From Candidatus Woesearchaeota archaeon (GTDB taxonomy: Archaea > Nanobdellota > Nanobdellia > Woesearchaeales > ARS49): a stretch of 64,000 nucleotides of DNA. Below the pieces are notes generated by a model, which saw only the letters and a program-made list of their open reading frames with translations, ran no database searches and was not told the origin of the DNA. Both the position numbers and the translations under genes were made by a program. This document shows, piece after piece, positions 9,895 to 19,549 of this stretch. The stretch lies in assembly GCA_014729505.1 (NCBI GenBank), contig WJJS01000001.1:12938-76937 (forward strand), given 5' to 3'. Each line of letters opens with the position of its first letter. The first letter of the stretch is position 1.

Positions 9895-11898
9895 TTATTT
9901 CGAACTTTTGAGATACCAATTCCTCAAACGGACAACCTTATCAACAACAGAAGGATACATATAGAACTGACCATATTTTTTTGCAGTTTTACTCAGCAAC
10001 TTATCAAGCTCAAGCATTTTGTACATCACCTGAATAGCGTCCTTTTTGCGATCGTATCTAAACAATAATTTGACAAGTTCGACGCCATCATCAGGATGTT
10101 TGGTCAACTTGTAAAAAATCTCCGCGTGAGAAACAGCCTTATCAGGATCGCCCTTTTGCGCATACAGTATAGAGATTGCTCGATGATACTGGGCAATCCA
10201 GGGCTTCTTTTTATGAAACTCATCGAGCAACTGCATTGCCTCGTCTATTCTACCCTGCGCATGAAGAATCTCTGAGTGCGCATGAACAAGATCAAACTCG
10301 CGAGTCCAAGAAGGTGCTTTATCAAGCAAAGACAGTCCCTTTTTTGGTTTTCCAACAAACGCGAGCAACACTGCTTCCCACAAAAGAAGAAACTCATTAT
10401 GAGGCGCCCTCTTACGAGCTTGTTGTACCACTCGAAGAGCGCGATCGTGATTACCGACGTGACTTAACGCGTTTATCACATGCTCTTCATATTGAAGATC
10501 CTTCTTGTGATATGGCAATCCCCTCTCAAGATACGCCAAAGCCTTTTTTGCTTTACCGTCACTGCGAGCAATACGACTGCCAGTAAGATAGCCAGTCTGA
10601 TCCTTAGGATACCACTTGATAATTTTGTCAGCTATCGGATACGCTTTGCCAGGCTTACCGAAATGATCGAAATCTTCGAGAAGAACATACAATGCGCGAA
10701 AGTTTCTGGGAAACTTCATAAGGACTTTTTTTGCCAGATCGTAATACGAGGTCCAGTCATTGCATTTTCGCAGACACTCAAGAGCAGAAAGCCAATTATC
10801 CAGGGTAGGAGGTAAGGAAAGAAACACCTTAGCAGCTTCGCGAAACCGGCCGAGCTCACGCAAGCAGGTAGCCTTTGTTTCAAGCAACACTATTGAAGAA
10901 TACTGCTTTAACTTTTTGTTTATCTCCCGCAATTTCTCCCGTTCATTGCCCTGCGTAAACAAGACATGAGGGTACAATGATGGAAGTTTGTCAATCTCAG
11001 AAGCTCTCTTCGCATATTCATGCGCCTTTTTATTCTTGCCGATGGAGAAATACAACGCAGTCAATCGGTTACACACATCAGAATTTTCAGGTTGCAAGAC
11101 TGCAAGTTTTTCATAGTCAGCAATAGCTTTCTTGACTTGATCTGTTACCATAAACAAATCAGCTCGGGCAGTGAGAATGCCTTCATCAGGACCCATCAGA
11201 GATATTGCATGTGTAAGAAACTTCTCCGCTTCACTGAATTTTCCTTCGGCTTTAAGAGAATCCACATACACCACGTAATCATATTCTGCAAATGAAAAAT
11301 TCTCTGCAAACGCTTGAGCAAAAAACTTGTTGGCCTTTTTATGCTCATGATTGTCAAAATACCGGCGTGCAAGATCAAGAAGACTGCGTGCAAGACCAAA
11401 CTTACGATGAATTAACTTCAAGGTCTGCTTATACTTCTTGTCATTTCGAGCATAATAATACAGGTGAGCGAGATCTTCATAATGAGACACTTTAAATGGT
11501 TCGAGCTTGATGACTTTCTTCATCGCGCTAAGAGCTTTAGAACTGTTTGTTTCCCTAAACAACCAATACACACGAAGAGGCCAATACACATTATTTGGTT
11601 GCCTCCTCATATACCTACGCAAAAGCCTTTCTTCACCAACAGCGTCGTGAAGCTCCCTATAGACATCAACTTTACTTTGCATAACATCAATTTCTTCAAG
11701 ACCGCACTCTCTTGCTTTGTCAAGGATTGCCAAAGCCTCCTTTTTCTTTTTGAGCTTAGAGAGTAACTCTGCTTTTCTCTGCAAATACAAAGGATGGCGA
11801 GGATTCTTTTCCAAAGCTCTATTGACGATGCGAAGCTGTTGACTAGTTGGTAAGTACGGATTAACAAACGGGAACACGGAATAGGTACAAGTCTTCAT
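9895..11898 (-). CDS. TPR-repeat protein (start chosen at MKTCTYSVFPF..., internal to the 721-aa track ORF)
   Basis: Recurrent A/Y/L-rich 34-aa repeat pattern (AxxYYxxAxxxxxxKxxxAxxxF); upstream tttaaatagtataaaaa TATA-like box supports start at 11896-11898. Confidence 0.6.
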   Translation of the reverse strand: MKTCTYSVFPFVNPYLPTSQQLRIVNRALEKNPRHPLYLQRKAELLSKLKKKKEALAILDKARECGLEEIDVMQSKVDVYRELHDAVGEERLLRRYMRRQPNNVYWPLRVYWLFRETNSSKALSAMKKVIKLEPFKVSHYEDLAHLYYYARNDKKYKQTLKLIHRKFGLARSLLDLARRYFDNHEHKKANKFFAQAFAENFSFAEYDYVVYVDSLKAEGKFSEAEKFLTHAISLMGPDEGILTARADLFMVTDQVKKAIADYEKLAVLQPENSDVCNRLTALYFSIGKNKKAHEYAKRASEIDKLPSLYPHVLFTQGNEREKLREINKKLKQYSSIVLLETKATCLRELGRFREAAKVFLSLPPTLDNWLSALECLRKCNDWTSYYDLAKKVLMKFPRNFRALYVLLEDFDHFGKPGKAYPIADKIIKWYPKDQTGYLTGSRIARSDGKAKKALAYLERGLPYHKKDLQYEEHVINALSHVGNHDRALRVVQQARKRAPHNEFLLLWEAVLLAFVGKPKKGLSLLDKAPSWTREFDLVHAHSEILHAQGRIDEAMQLLDEFHKKKPWIAQYHRAISILYAQKGDPDKAVSHAEIFYKLTKHPDDGVELVKLLFRYDRKKDAIQVMYKMLELDKLLSKTAKKYGQFYMYPSVVDKVVRLRNWYLKSSK

Positions 11899-11953
11899 AG
11901 AGTAACACCTAAGTCGAGAAAAGTTTAAATAGTATAAAAACCATACTGTTTTC

Positions 11954-12124
11954 ATGGCCAAATTGACACTACGATGCACTTCATGCAACTGGAAATTCCG
12001 CAGAGTATACGAACCAAAACTGTGTCCTAATTGTGGCAAAGCCACCGTAGAAAAAGACAAACGTCAAGGCGCTTCTGACATTCTGCGAGAACTCGACGAG
12101 ATGCAGTCGGGTTTTGATCGCTAA
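11954..12124 (+). CDS. Small zinc-ribbon protein (56 aa, two CxxC pairs)
   Basis: MAKLTLRCTSCNWKFRRVYEPKLCPNCGKATVEKDKRQG...; below ORF-track size cutoff; divergent from TPR gene. Confidence 0.4.
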   Translation: MAKLTLRCTSCNWKFRRVYEPKLCPNCGKATVEKDKRQGASDILRELDEMQSGFDR

Positions 12125-12159
12125 CTACATTCTTGTCTATTCTTTTTCAGAACACTATT

Positions 12160-13257
12160 CTACGACACTTCGTGAGTTTTGTACACCACATTAAGCGCAT
12201 CAAGATTGCGCAGCACATACATGCCATCATTTTCTACAGTGCCAAGATCACTCCATGTCGCCTGAATACCCTGATAGTACTGAGCCTCTTTATTGAACAA
12301 CACTGTTGGCGTAACGTTAATAGCATATCTTGACATCAAACGCTGACCATCAGGACTGGACACATCATAGGACACCTGACTCAAGAACACCATACCAAAA
12401 TTATCCTCAAAAATGGAAGTTACTGCGGAAGTATCAGAACAGGTCTCACACGTTTCATCAGTAAGAATAATCATAGTCGCTAATCCTCTCACGGTCTTTT
12501 CTTCACGATCAACATAGGGAGCAGGAGTATCACGAAGCACGTATTTACCATCTGACTCCACAGAACCAATACTCTGCCAGCCAGCACGAATAAACTCATA
12601 CTCAGAAGCATCATTTGAAAGAATAAGAGAAGGCGTTCTTGTAATATTATAATGATCAAGAAGACGCTGACCGTCAGCACTGGATGATTCAATCGTTTCA
12701 ATAGCTGAAAAGACCATCCCATTCAGTTCCAACTGCGAAAGCAAACGCTGAGTATCAAAACATTCAGGACAATTCTCATCCTCAAGAACAAGAGCAGTCA
12801 CCAAACCAAATACTTCGCCATCAAGATTAGAATACGGAACAAGAGAGTCAGACAAGACATAACCACTATCACTTTTTACAAACAAAGGAATCTGATCAAG
12901 ACGAGGATCAGCACCCTCAATAACAATAGCCGGCAATTTTTCAATAGAGAACTCCTCAATCAAAGATACTGCCTGGGCTTGCGTCTTATACTCCACTTCT
13001 TCAAAGACAAGACCTGCAAGTTCCAAAGCCTGAACAATCTCAGACGCGTTTACACACTGATCACAAAACGGTTGAATAACAGTTGCACGCAGTGAGGATG
13101 ATTCACTAGGCACAATGTCAATAACCGGTTCCTCGCCAGCGCGAGAAACGTAAAAAGACAAGATCACATTAGCCAACGTTGCAATAACAATCAAAACAAC
13201 GAGCAATACATGCAGCGTCGTCCACGGTGATTGCATCTTTTTTGCTGACATAGACAA
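12160..13257 (-). CDS. Membrane-anchored protein with three tandem thioredoxin/glutaredoxin-like domains, each with a CxxC motif (CDQC, CPEC, CETC)
   Basis: N-terminal TM helix then three ~100-aa repeats beginning hhhhxxxxCxxC and ending NhTxTPohhh (Trx-fold pattern). Confidence 0.5.
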   Translation of the reverse strand: MSMSAKKMQSPWTTLHVLLVVLIVIATLANVILSFYVSRAGEEPVIDIVPSESSSLRATVIQPFCDQCVNASEIVQALELAGLVFEEVEYKTQAQAVSLIEEFSIEKLPAIVIEGADPRLDQIPLFVKSDSGYVLSDSLVPYSNLDGEVFGLVTALVLEDENCPECFDTQRLLSQLELNGMVFSAIETIESSSADGQRLLDHYNITRTPSLILSNDASEYEFIRAGWQSIGSVESDGKYVLRDTPAPYVDREEKTVRGLATMIILTDETCETCSDTSAVTSIFEDNFGMVFLSQVSYDVSSPDGQRLMSRYAINVTPTVLFNKEAQYYQGIQATWSDLGTVENDGMYVLRNLDALNVVYKTHEVS

Positions 13258-13367
13258 AAACCATTAGAGGAGATATTTAAGTATTATCGTACTGCAGGCA
13301 CACTTTGCAATACCTATAAACAACCTGTATTGAAACATTTAAATAATCTGACGGACGAGAGACTCAT

Positions 13368-15044
13368 ATGGACCTGACAGATCTCATACGGGAACTGGCA
13401 CTGCGCAATGCCGCAAAATTTGGCAAAGCAAACGCTAACGCTGTACTGGGATCAGTACTCAAAGCACGACCAGAACAAAAACAACACATCAACCTTATCA
13501 AACAACACGTACAAGGCATTGTCAATGAAATCAACACTCTTGACAGCAAGACATTACAACAAGCAATCGCCGCGTTACCAGAAAAAGAAAAAGAAACGCC
13601 AAAAGAAAAAACACTCAAAGACCTGCCAAACGTCAGTAATAGTGTCATCATGCGCTTTGCACCATCACCCTCAGGACCGCTGCACATAGCACACGCTTAT
13701 GGACTCAGTCTGAATTATCATTATGCAAAGCGATACCATGGCACATTCCTCTTTCGCATAGAAGACACGAACCCAGAAAACATCTATGCGCCTGCATATG
13801 ATATGATGGTCGAAGATGCACAATGGCTTACGAATAACGGCATAGATCATGTCATCATACAATCAGACCGGTTAGGCCGGTATTATGACATTGCAGAACA
13901 ACTAGTCGACAAAGAGAAGGCATACGTTTGTACATGCAACAGCGATGAATTTCGCACACTTCTCTTCAAAAAAACAGCCTGTCCATGCCGCACGGCAGGA
14001 GTCAAAGAGCACCTTAAACGCTACGCAGCAATGTTTTCAAGCTACAAACCAGGAGAAGCCGTCTTACGAAGCAAAACAGATATCACACACAAAAATCCGG
14101 CCATGAGAGATTTTCCACTCATGAGAATAAACGAGCATCCACATCCGCGCACAGGCACAGAACACCGCGTTTGGCCACTCATGAATCTTGCAGTATTTGT
14201 CGACGACATGGATTACCACGTCACACACATCATTCGAGCAAAAGAACACCGTGATAATGCAGCACGACAAGAATTTCTCTACAACGCGTTTGACCATCCA
14301 GTACCAGTAACGCTCTTTGTTGGACGCATCAATTTTACTGATATGAAAGTTAGCTGTAGTGCAACAAAAGCAGCAATAGAAGAAGGAAAATATACGGGAT
14401 GGGAAGATATACGATTACCTTTTCTACGACCATTACGACGACGAGGATACCAACAAGAAGCATTTATGAAATACGCCATAGAGATAGGCATCAGTCAAGC
14501 AGACAAAACAGTCAAAAAAGAAGAATACTTCAAAACACTCAATGCATTCAACAAAGATATTATCGATGCACATGCGAACCGCTACTTTTTCTTGCACGAT
14601 CCCGTACCGGTACACATTACCGACGTGGAACAAAAAACAATAACAATAGCTCTACATCCCGATGTCAAAGACCGAGGACTGCGAACCTTTAAGATTAACG
14701 GACACTTTTTACTAGAACGAAAAGATGTAGAACAATTACCAGACGGATTGCACAGGCTCATGGACTGCCTGAACTTTATCAAAAAAGGACAACAATTCAC
14801 CTTTCATTCATTTGCCTATGACGTGTTCAAACAAGAAGGACAACACATACTCCACTGGCTACCAGCACAAGACACACAACAAGTAATTGTACACCAGCCC
14901 GACGGAAAACAATTACAGGGAGTTGGAGAAACAACATTACAGGAAGTAGAAATCGGATCACTCATACAGTTTGAACGATTCGGATTTGCACGACTGGACG
15001 CTCACACAAGACAAGCACTAGAATTCTGGTATGCTCACAGATAA
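13368..15044 (+). CDS. gltX: Glutamyl-tRNA synthetase, archaeal type
   Basis: RFAPSPSGPLHIAHAYG (HIGH region) and overall class I GluRS architecture, 558 aa. Confidence 0.85.
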   Translation: MDLTDLIRELALRNAAKFGKANANAVLGSVLKARPEQKQHINLIKQHVQGIVNEINTLDSKTLQQAIAALPEKEKETPKEKTLKDLPNVSNSVIMRFAPSPSGPLHIAHAYGLSLNYHYAKRYHGTFLFRIEDTNPENIYAPAYDMMVEDAQWLTNNGIDHVIIQSDRLGRYYDIAEQLVDKEKAYVCTCNSDEFRTLLFKKTACPCRTAGVKEHLKRYAAMFSSYKPGEAVLRSKTDITHKNPAMRDFPLMRINEHPHPRTGTEHRVWPLMNLAVFVDDMDYHVTHIIRAKEHRDNAARQEFLYNAFDHPVPVTLFVGRINFTDMKVSCSATKAAIEEGKYTGWEDIRLPFLRPLRRRGYQQEAFMKYAIEIGISQADKTVKKEEYFKTLNAFNKDIIDAHANRYFFLHDPVPVHITDVEQKTITIALHPDVKDRGLRTFKINGHFLLERKDVEQLPDGLHRLMDCLNFIKKGQQFTFHSFAYDVFKQEGQHILHWLPAQDTQQVIVHQPDGKQLQGVGETTLQEVEIGSLIQFERFGFARLDAHTRQALEFWYAHR

Positions 15045-15565
15045 GATTCTTCCAATTCCTTTATTTTATCCTTTAACAACTTAATATGCTTAGCAATATC
15101 TTTCATATCCTGAGCAGAATGCTCACCGGATTTTCTCTCTTCCTTATACTGTTTTTCCAACATCTCCAAACCTTCCTTAAGCTTGACCACTTCATACTTT
15201 TTAGGTTGAGTAACGGAGAAAATCTTTTCCTCAAGTTTTTTCAAACGCTTCTCACGATTCTCGCGCGTATCAAGATATCGAGACAATTTCTCCTGCAATT
15301 TATCAATCTTCATTAACAATTCATTATGTTCGCGTTCCTCCTGCATCTGGCGCGAAAGAATCTTCTTTTCATTCTCCAACGCTTCAGAAACAGTCGCTTC
15401 AAGCTGATGAATATCCTTTTCAAAAGTTTCAGGAGAAATAGTCTTCAGACGATTAATAGCCATACGAACCTTCTCACGAGAACGCTCGCGCTCTTCAAGA
15501 CGTTTATTGGATTGTCCTAAATAATACAAAAGCGTGCGAACCTTAGAAACATCAAATGCCAACAT
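15035..15565 (-). CDS. Coiled-coil protein, hypothetical (charged E/K/R-rich)
   Basis: Heptad-like charged sequence; no catalytic motifs. Confidence 0.4.
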   Translation of the reverse strand: MLAFDVSKVRTLLYYLGQSNKRLEERERSREKVRMAINRLKTISPETFEKDIHQLEATVSEALENEKKILSRQMQEEREHNELLMKIDKLQEKLSRYLDTRENREKRLKKLEEKIFSVTQPKKYEVVKLKEGLEMLEKQYKEERKSGEHSAQDMKDIAKHIKLLKDKIKELEESYL

Positions 15566-15566
15566 A

Positions 15567-15989
15567 TCACTTAGGAGGGGGAGGAGGAATATCGTTAGTC
15601 GTTACTTCAGGTTCTGGAGGTAGCGATCCAGACATGCCACCCTGCGTAATCGACTCATGAATATCAGTCAACGTAGGAGCAATCACTTCTTGAAGTACAT
15701 CAGTCATAGCACCAACCTGCTTTTCCAATCGATCAATACGATTAACCACTGGTTTAATCTTGTCAGCGAACAATAATCCACCCTCTTCAATATGAATTTC
15801 GCGCAACGCCTCTTCAAAAATGTTCAACAATTTCTCAATATTTCGATTCAACTCCACAATAGAAATATGCAATCGCTTTGTTGGCGTGATATCCATCTCT
15901 TTTAGCGATTCCAACTCTTTTTTGAGATCTGCAATTTCCTGGTGTGGAAGAAGTTCATAATGTTCGGTATCCTTAGCCATAACAGTCAC
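15567..15989 (-). CDS. Hypothetical helical protein with Pro-rich C-terminus (PPPPPK)
   Basis: ORF with good context, 1-nt spacing to downstream gene. Confidence 0.4.
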   Translation of the reverse strand: MTVMAKDTEHYELLPHQEIADLKKELESLKEMDITPTKRLHISIVELNRNIEKLLNIFEEALREIHIEEGGLLFADKIKPVVNRIDRLEKQVGAMTDVLQEVIAPTLTDIHESITQGGMSGSLPPEPEVTTNDIPPPPPK

Positions 15990-16036
15990 CCTTTTTTTCC
16001 TTAATCAGGGGTAAACGCTATATAAACGTTTCGTCC

Positions 16037-16831
16037 CTATTTTCGCGTTGATTTCCTGCTTTTTTTCTTCGTTGCCTTCTTCTTTTTACGCGAAACAGAT
16101 TTTTTTGCGGTTTTCTTTACAGGTTTTTTTGCTTCTTTAGACCTGCCCGTTGATTTTTTAACATTTTTTTTACGCGCCTTGATCGAAGGAATAACCGGTT
16201 CTTCAGGTTCCACAAGAGGAGACTTACTGCGACGACGAGAACGCCAAGCGCCTACCATGATCATGATAAACACTCCAATGAGTACAATCATAAGAGCAGA
16301 AAAGAACGTCACGCCGGAGACTCCCTGAATGATGCCAGTAAAAAAATACCCTGTCCATGCAAGAGCAAACAGCACGTACAGTACCACCGCAATCGTCGCT
16401 ACCGCCTTGACCAAGAAGTCAGCAATCCTGCTTGACGGAAACATAAGCAAGATAGGCAACAATACCAAAACAAATGCGATAATAAGAAGAAAAAGCGATA
16501 CAATAAGAGCGACAACAAGGAAAAAAGACGTAACAGTCACATACGACCATGCAATAAGATGCTGCATATATGAAGCTTGAGCGCCAACAACGAGCGTTGT
16601 CACATACGTATATGCCGCAGCAAGAACCACACCAATAACACAGTATGACCAGCGAACTACAGCACGCGCAACAGGATGGGCAACGTCACGAAGACCTGCC
16701 TTAACAAAAGAAAACAACAACGCAGCAACAGCAATAATAATAGCGGATTCCCACAATACCGTAGAACTCACCGTTTGAGCGATATCATGAGGCCTCCACA
16801 ATAAGGAGAGAAAAGCATACCAGTCGATCAT
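16037..16831 (-). CDS. Polytopic membrane protein with C-terminal lysine-rich tail (KKxxKKxVSRKKKKATKKKSRK)
   Basis: Hydrophobic helices + highly basic 50-aa tail; ATGA overlap with upstream gene. Confidence 0.5.
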   Translation of the reverse strand: MIDWYAFLSLLWRPHDIAQTVSSTVLWESAIIIAVAALLFSFVKAGLRDVAHPVARAVVRWSYCVIGVVLAAAYTYVTTLVVGAQASYMQHLIAWSYVTVTSFFLVVALIVSLFLLIIAFVLVLLPILLMFPSSRIADFLVKAVATIAVVLYVLFALAWTGYFFTGIIQGVSGVTFFSALMIVLIGVFIMIMVGAWRSRRRSKSPLVEPEEPVIPSIKARKKNVKKSTGRSKEAKKPVKKTAKKSVSRKKKKATKKKSRKSTRK

Positions 16832-17517
16832 TTTTTATTCCTCTTTCTTACTTTACGAGTCCTGGTAGTATAAGTTTCTTTCGCTGCTGTCGCTCTACGA
16901 AAAAAACCAGAACCTCGCTCAAGAAGACGACCCCACACGCCACGAGCAGAACCGATCAGTGCTGCACCGATTACTGCAAACAATACAACAGCTGCAGAGG
17001 AAAAGCGACTGATCTCGTTTGCATGAGCAACAGAAGTAATATGAACGATCAAACCAAAAAGGAAGGAAACAAACGAAAAGATCCACGTACAAATGACGAT
17101 CCATCCAATTATTGAAGGCATTTTATCATTTTTAACTACTCCTCGATTTTCGAAGAATACATACGTCCTAAGAAACAGAAAGTAAAGACCTGCAAGGAGA
17201 ATACCATACACCCCGATAATCACTGTAACAGTCAACATTACATAGAGCAAAAAAGCCACATTGATCTGAAAATCCACCACGCCACTAAAAAGAGCGCTTG
17301 CCAGAGTGATATATACCCAGTATCCTAGAAGAAACGCTGCAGTAGCAGCAAAACGTACCGCCCTGGTCTTCAAAGAAATAAGGACTTCATGTTTGCGTTT
17401 TCCGCTGCCAAGCGCTGCAAGAGCGAGCAGAATCACCACACCAATAGAAATGGTGATGCCCTCAATAAAATGTGCGGGCGGCACAGCCACTGAAATGATA
17501 AAATCACTGAATGTCAT
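16828..17517 (-). CDS. Polytopic membrane protein, hypothetical
   Basis: Hydrophobic helices; basic C-terminal tail. Confidence 0.45.
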   Translation of the reverse strand: MTFSDFIISVAVPPAHFIEGITISIGVVILLALAALGSGKRKHEVLISLKTRAVRFAATAAFLLGYWVYITLASALFSGVVDFQINVAFLLYVMLTVTVIIGVYGILLAGLYFLFLRTYVFFENRGVVKNDKMPSIIGWIVICTWIFSFVSFLFGLIVHITSVAHANEISRFSSAAVVLFAVIGAALIGSARGVWGRLLERGSGFFRRATAAKETYTTRTRKVRKRNKK

Positions 17518-17605
17518 AGTCTCTTTTTTATTGCAGGAAAAAGTTCAAAGTTATAAACTTTTCAGCGACAATTTTTTAAAGAATCCGATGAAAAAGCATC
17601 CGTAC

Positions 17606-17640
17606 GGGCCGGTAGCTCAACCTGGTAGAGTGCTCCGTTG
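17606..17640 (+). repeat. Duplicated 5' fragment (35 nt) of tRNA-Ala(GGC)
   Basis: Identical to 17730-17764; preceded by ttttttaaag TATA-like box at about -30. Confidence 0.8.
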
Positions 17641-17696
17641 CGATGCTTTCGCCCATCGACAGCGAGGTCCGATCTCACTTGCGTGAGATCCGACAG
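17641..17696 (+). other. Conserved structured element, copy 1 (CGATG..CATCG hairpin + GGTCCGATCTCAC-TTGC-GTGAGATCCGAC hairpin)
   Basis: Shares motif with 20047-20108 and 22430-22462, with compensatory base changes in the hairpin stem. Confidence 0.5.
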
Positions 17697-17729
17697 TTTT
17701 ATGAATAGGTGTTTTTAGTATACGTTTAT

Positions 17730-17803
17730 GGGCCGGTAGCTCAACCTGGTAGAGTGCTCCGTTGGCTTCGGAGAGGCTGCGGGTTCAAATCCCGCTCGGT
17801 CCA
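17730..17803 (+). tRNA. tRNA-Ala (GGC)
   Basis: Manual cloverleaf: acceptor GGGCCGG/TCGGTCC with G3:U70, anticodon loop TTGGCTT, T-arm GCGGGTTCAAATCCCGC, discriminator A. Confidence 0.85.
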
Positions 17804-17858
17804 TGGGTGGCCTTGACGCCCTTTTTTTGATCAAACTTTTTGTAAAAGTTTGCGGTTA

Positions 17859-17879
17859 GAGGCTGCGGGTTCAAATCCC
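17859..17879 (+). repeat. Duplicated 3' fragment of tRNA-Ala (variable/T-arm)
   Basis: gaggctgcgggttcaaatccc identical to tRNA-Ala 17773-17793. Confidence 0.7.
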
Positions 17880-17893
17880 TTCAGGCTCATCTT

Positions 17894-17913
17894 GAAACTG
17901 CTCGCGCAGTTTC
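17894..17913 (+). terminator. Perfect 8-bp hairpin GAAACTGC-tcgc-GCAGTTTC followed by T-run
   Basis: Seen directly; downstream of tRNA-Ala locus. Confidence 0.35.
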
Positions 17914-18127
17914 GTGTTTTTTCACCTGCGATGAAATGCGGCACTCAACCAACTGCTGAAACCCCTCTCACACCATTCTTCAGACCAGTTCTCGACCACA
18001 CCATGGCCCGAACGGTGCGCTTGCTGCCTATAGTCGTCAACAACACGGTAGTTTTACCGGATCTTATCCTTCTTGTTTTACGATTTGTCCACAAGGTTTA
18101 TCAATGAGAGCGTGACAACACCATATT

Positions 18128-18754
18128 ATGGGGGCGTTACTCTTTGACTTTTGGGGAACATTGCTAGATCACGGCACGTACAGTCCTATTCGACAAACAT
18201 ACAAGATCATGCGACCACGCATGAGATTTGGTGATTTTGTTCCTCGATTCGAACAAGCTTTTATGACCGCCACATTCGAATCACAAGAACAGGCGTTTAA
18301 GGCGGCAGCAGAAGAACTCCACGTACGGCTCAAACCATTCATGGTTGACAAACTTATAGGTTTATGGAACAAAAGCCGTCTTCTCGCACAACCATACCCA
18401 GAAACATTTACTGTTCTTGAAGATCTCAAAAAAGAACACAAACTCGTCCTCTTGTCCAATACAGATTGTTTTGTAGAATCAGTGCTTAATAAATTTGAGA
18501 TAGAAAAATACTTCGATCTTATAGCACTATCATACCAAACCGGACTACTCAAGCAAGACGCGAAATCATTTGCATTAGTAGCAAAAAAACTGAAAATGAA
18601 AAAAAATGATCTCATCATGATTGGTGACAGCATGGAAACAGACATAAACGGAGCGGAACGCGCAGGAGTGCGAGCGATACTTGTAGATCGACGTGATCGA
18701 CGAGCACACGATCCAAAGATTGCAGATCTGACAGGACTCAAGGAGGTACTGTAA
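18128..18754 (+). CDS. HAD-superfamily hydrolase (subfamily IA-like)
   Basis: LLFDFWGTL (DxD motif I), SNT (motif II), IGDSMETDINGAERAG (motifs III/IV). Confidence 0.7.
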   Translation: MGALLFDFWGTLLDHGTYSPIRQTYKIMRPRMRFGDFVPRFEQAFMTATFESQEQAFKAAAEELHVRLKPFMVDKLIGLWNKSRLLAQPYPETFTVLEDLKKEHKLVLLSNTDCFVESVLNKFEIEKYFDLIALSYQTGLLKQDAKSFALVAKKLKMKKNDLIMIGDSMETDINGAERAGVRAILVDRRDRRAHDPKIADLTGLKEVL

Positions 18755-19161
18755 TGGACTGTTTGTTTTGCAAGATCGCGAAAAAAGAAATGCCAAGCGA
18801 AGTCCTCTACGAAGACGACGATATTTTTTGCTTCTTAGACATTAGGCCAATCAACAAAGGACACGCACTTATCATACCAAAACAACACCACGAAAACCTC
18901 TTTGATACGCCAGACGACTTGCTCAGCAAACTGATCATTACCGCCAAAAAACTAGGAAAGGTCATCCTGAACACCGTACAAGCTGACGGTCTTAATCTGG
19001 GCATGAACAACAAGCCAGCAGCAGGACAAGTAATTTTTCACACACACTTACATGTCATGCCGCGATTTGAAGATGACGGACATACACACTGGAAAGGAAA
19101 AGAAACAACAAAAACAGAGCGCGAAGCAGTAGCAGAAAAAATCAAAGAACAACTGCACTAG
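18754..19161 (+). CDS. HIT-family (histidine triad) hydrolase
   Basis: CLFCKI...GHALIIPKQH...HTHLHVMPR histidine triad. Confidence 0.75.
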   Translation: MDCLFCKIAKKEMPSEVLYEDDDIFCFLDIRPINKGHALIIPKQHHENLFDTPDDLLSKLIITAKKLGKVILNTVQADGLNLGMNNKPAAGQVIFHTHLHVMPRFEDDGHTHWKGKETTKTEREAVAEKIKEQLH

Positions 19162-19257
19162 CAAGAGCGCTATACTCCACATATTTCTTAAGTATACCTG
19201 CAGCTAAATGATAAAAATAGTCTGTGCGTTCTTTTTACTTCCATTCTTTTAAAAGAG

Positions 19258-19542
19258 GTGTTAATCGTGTCCCAAAAACAATTTACAACAGTATCGATCA
19301 TAGTCTTTCTCGTTTTGCTGAGCAGTACAGTACTCGCTATCTGCGATCAAACAATTGGAACATCAACAACGCTCAGTAGCGATATCGTGAACTGCAGCAC
19401 AACAAATGGGGTAACCATAAACTCGTCAAACGTCGTGCTGGATTGTGCAGGTCACACGATAATGAGCAATGGGACAGGTCTGCTCAATATTTACGGTGTG
19501 GAAGTAGAACCGGGATTAACAAATGTGACTATACAAAACTGA
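19258..19542 (+). CDS. Secreted N-x-T/S-rich protein fragment (signal peptide, beta-helix-like repeats), GTG start
   Basis: Hydrophobic N-terminus then NCS/NGT/NSS/NVT sequons; terminates at TGA 19540-19542. Confidence 0.3.
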   Translation: MLIVSQKQFTTVSIIVFLVLLSSTVLAICDQTIGTSTTLSSDIVNCSTTNGVTINSSNVVLDCAGHTIMSNGTGLLNIYGVEVEPGLTNVTIQN

Positions 19543-19549
19543 AACATAA

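Noticed and set aside
9895-12060. Full 721-aa extent of the TPR ORF
   Set aside because: The N-terminal 54 codons have non-coding-like composition. A promoter-like TATA box and the MKTCTYS start at 11898 fit better.
17606-17640. Partial tRNA copies as genuine split-tRNA 5' halves (Nanoarchaeum/Caldivirga style)
   Set aside because: The copies end at nt 35, 11 and 14, not at the 37/38 split site. The Met copy includes non-tRNA upstream flank. Intact full-length genes lie immediately downstream. A recombination or leader origin is more likely, but split-tRNA use is not fully excluded.
17306-18107. Track ORFs 17306-17686 and 17850-18107
   Set aside because: They overlap the tRNA-Ala locus and its repeats, and their amino-acid composition is not protein-like.
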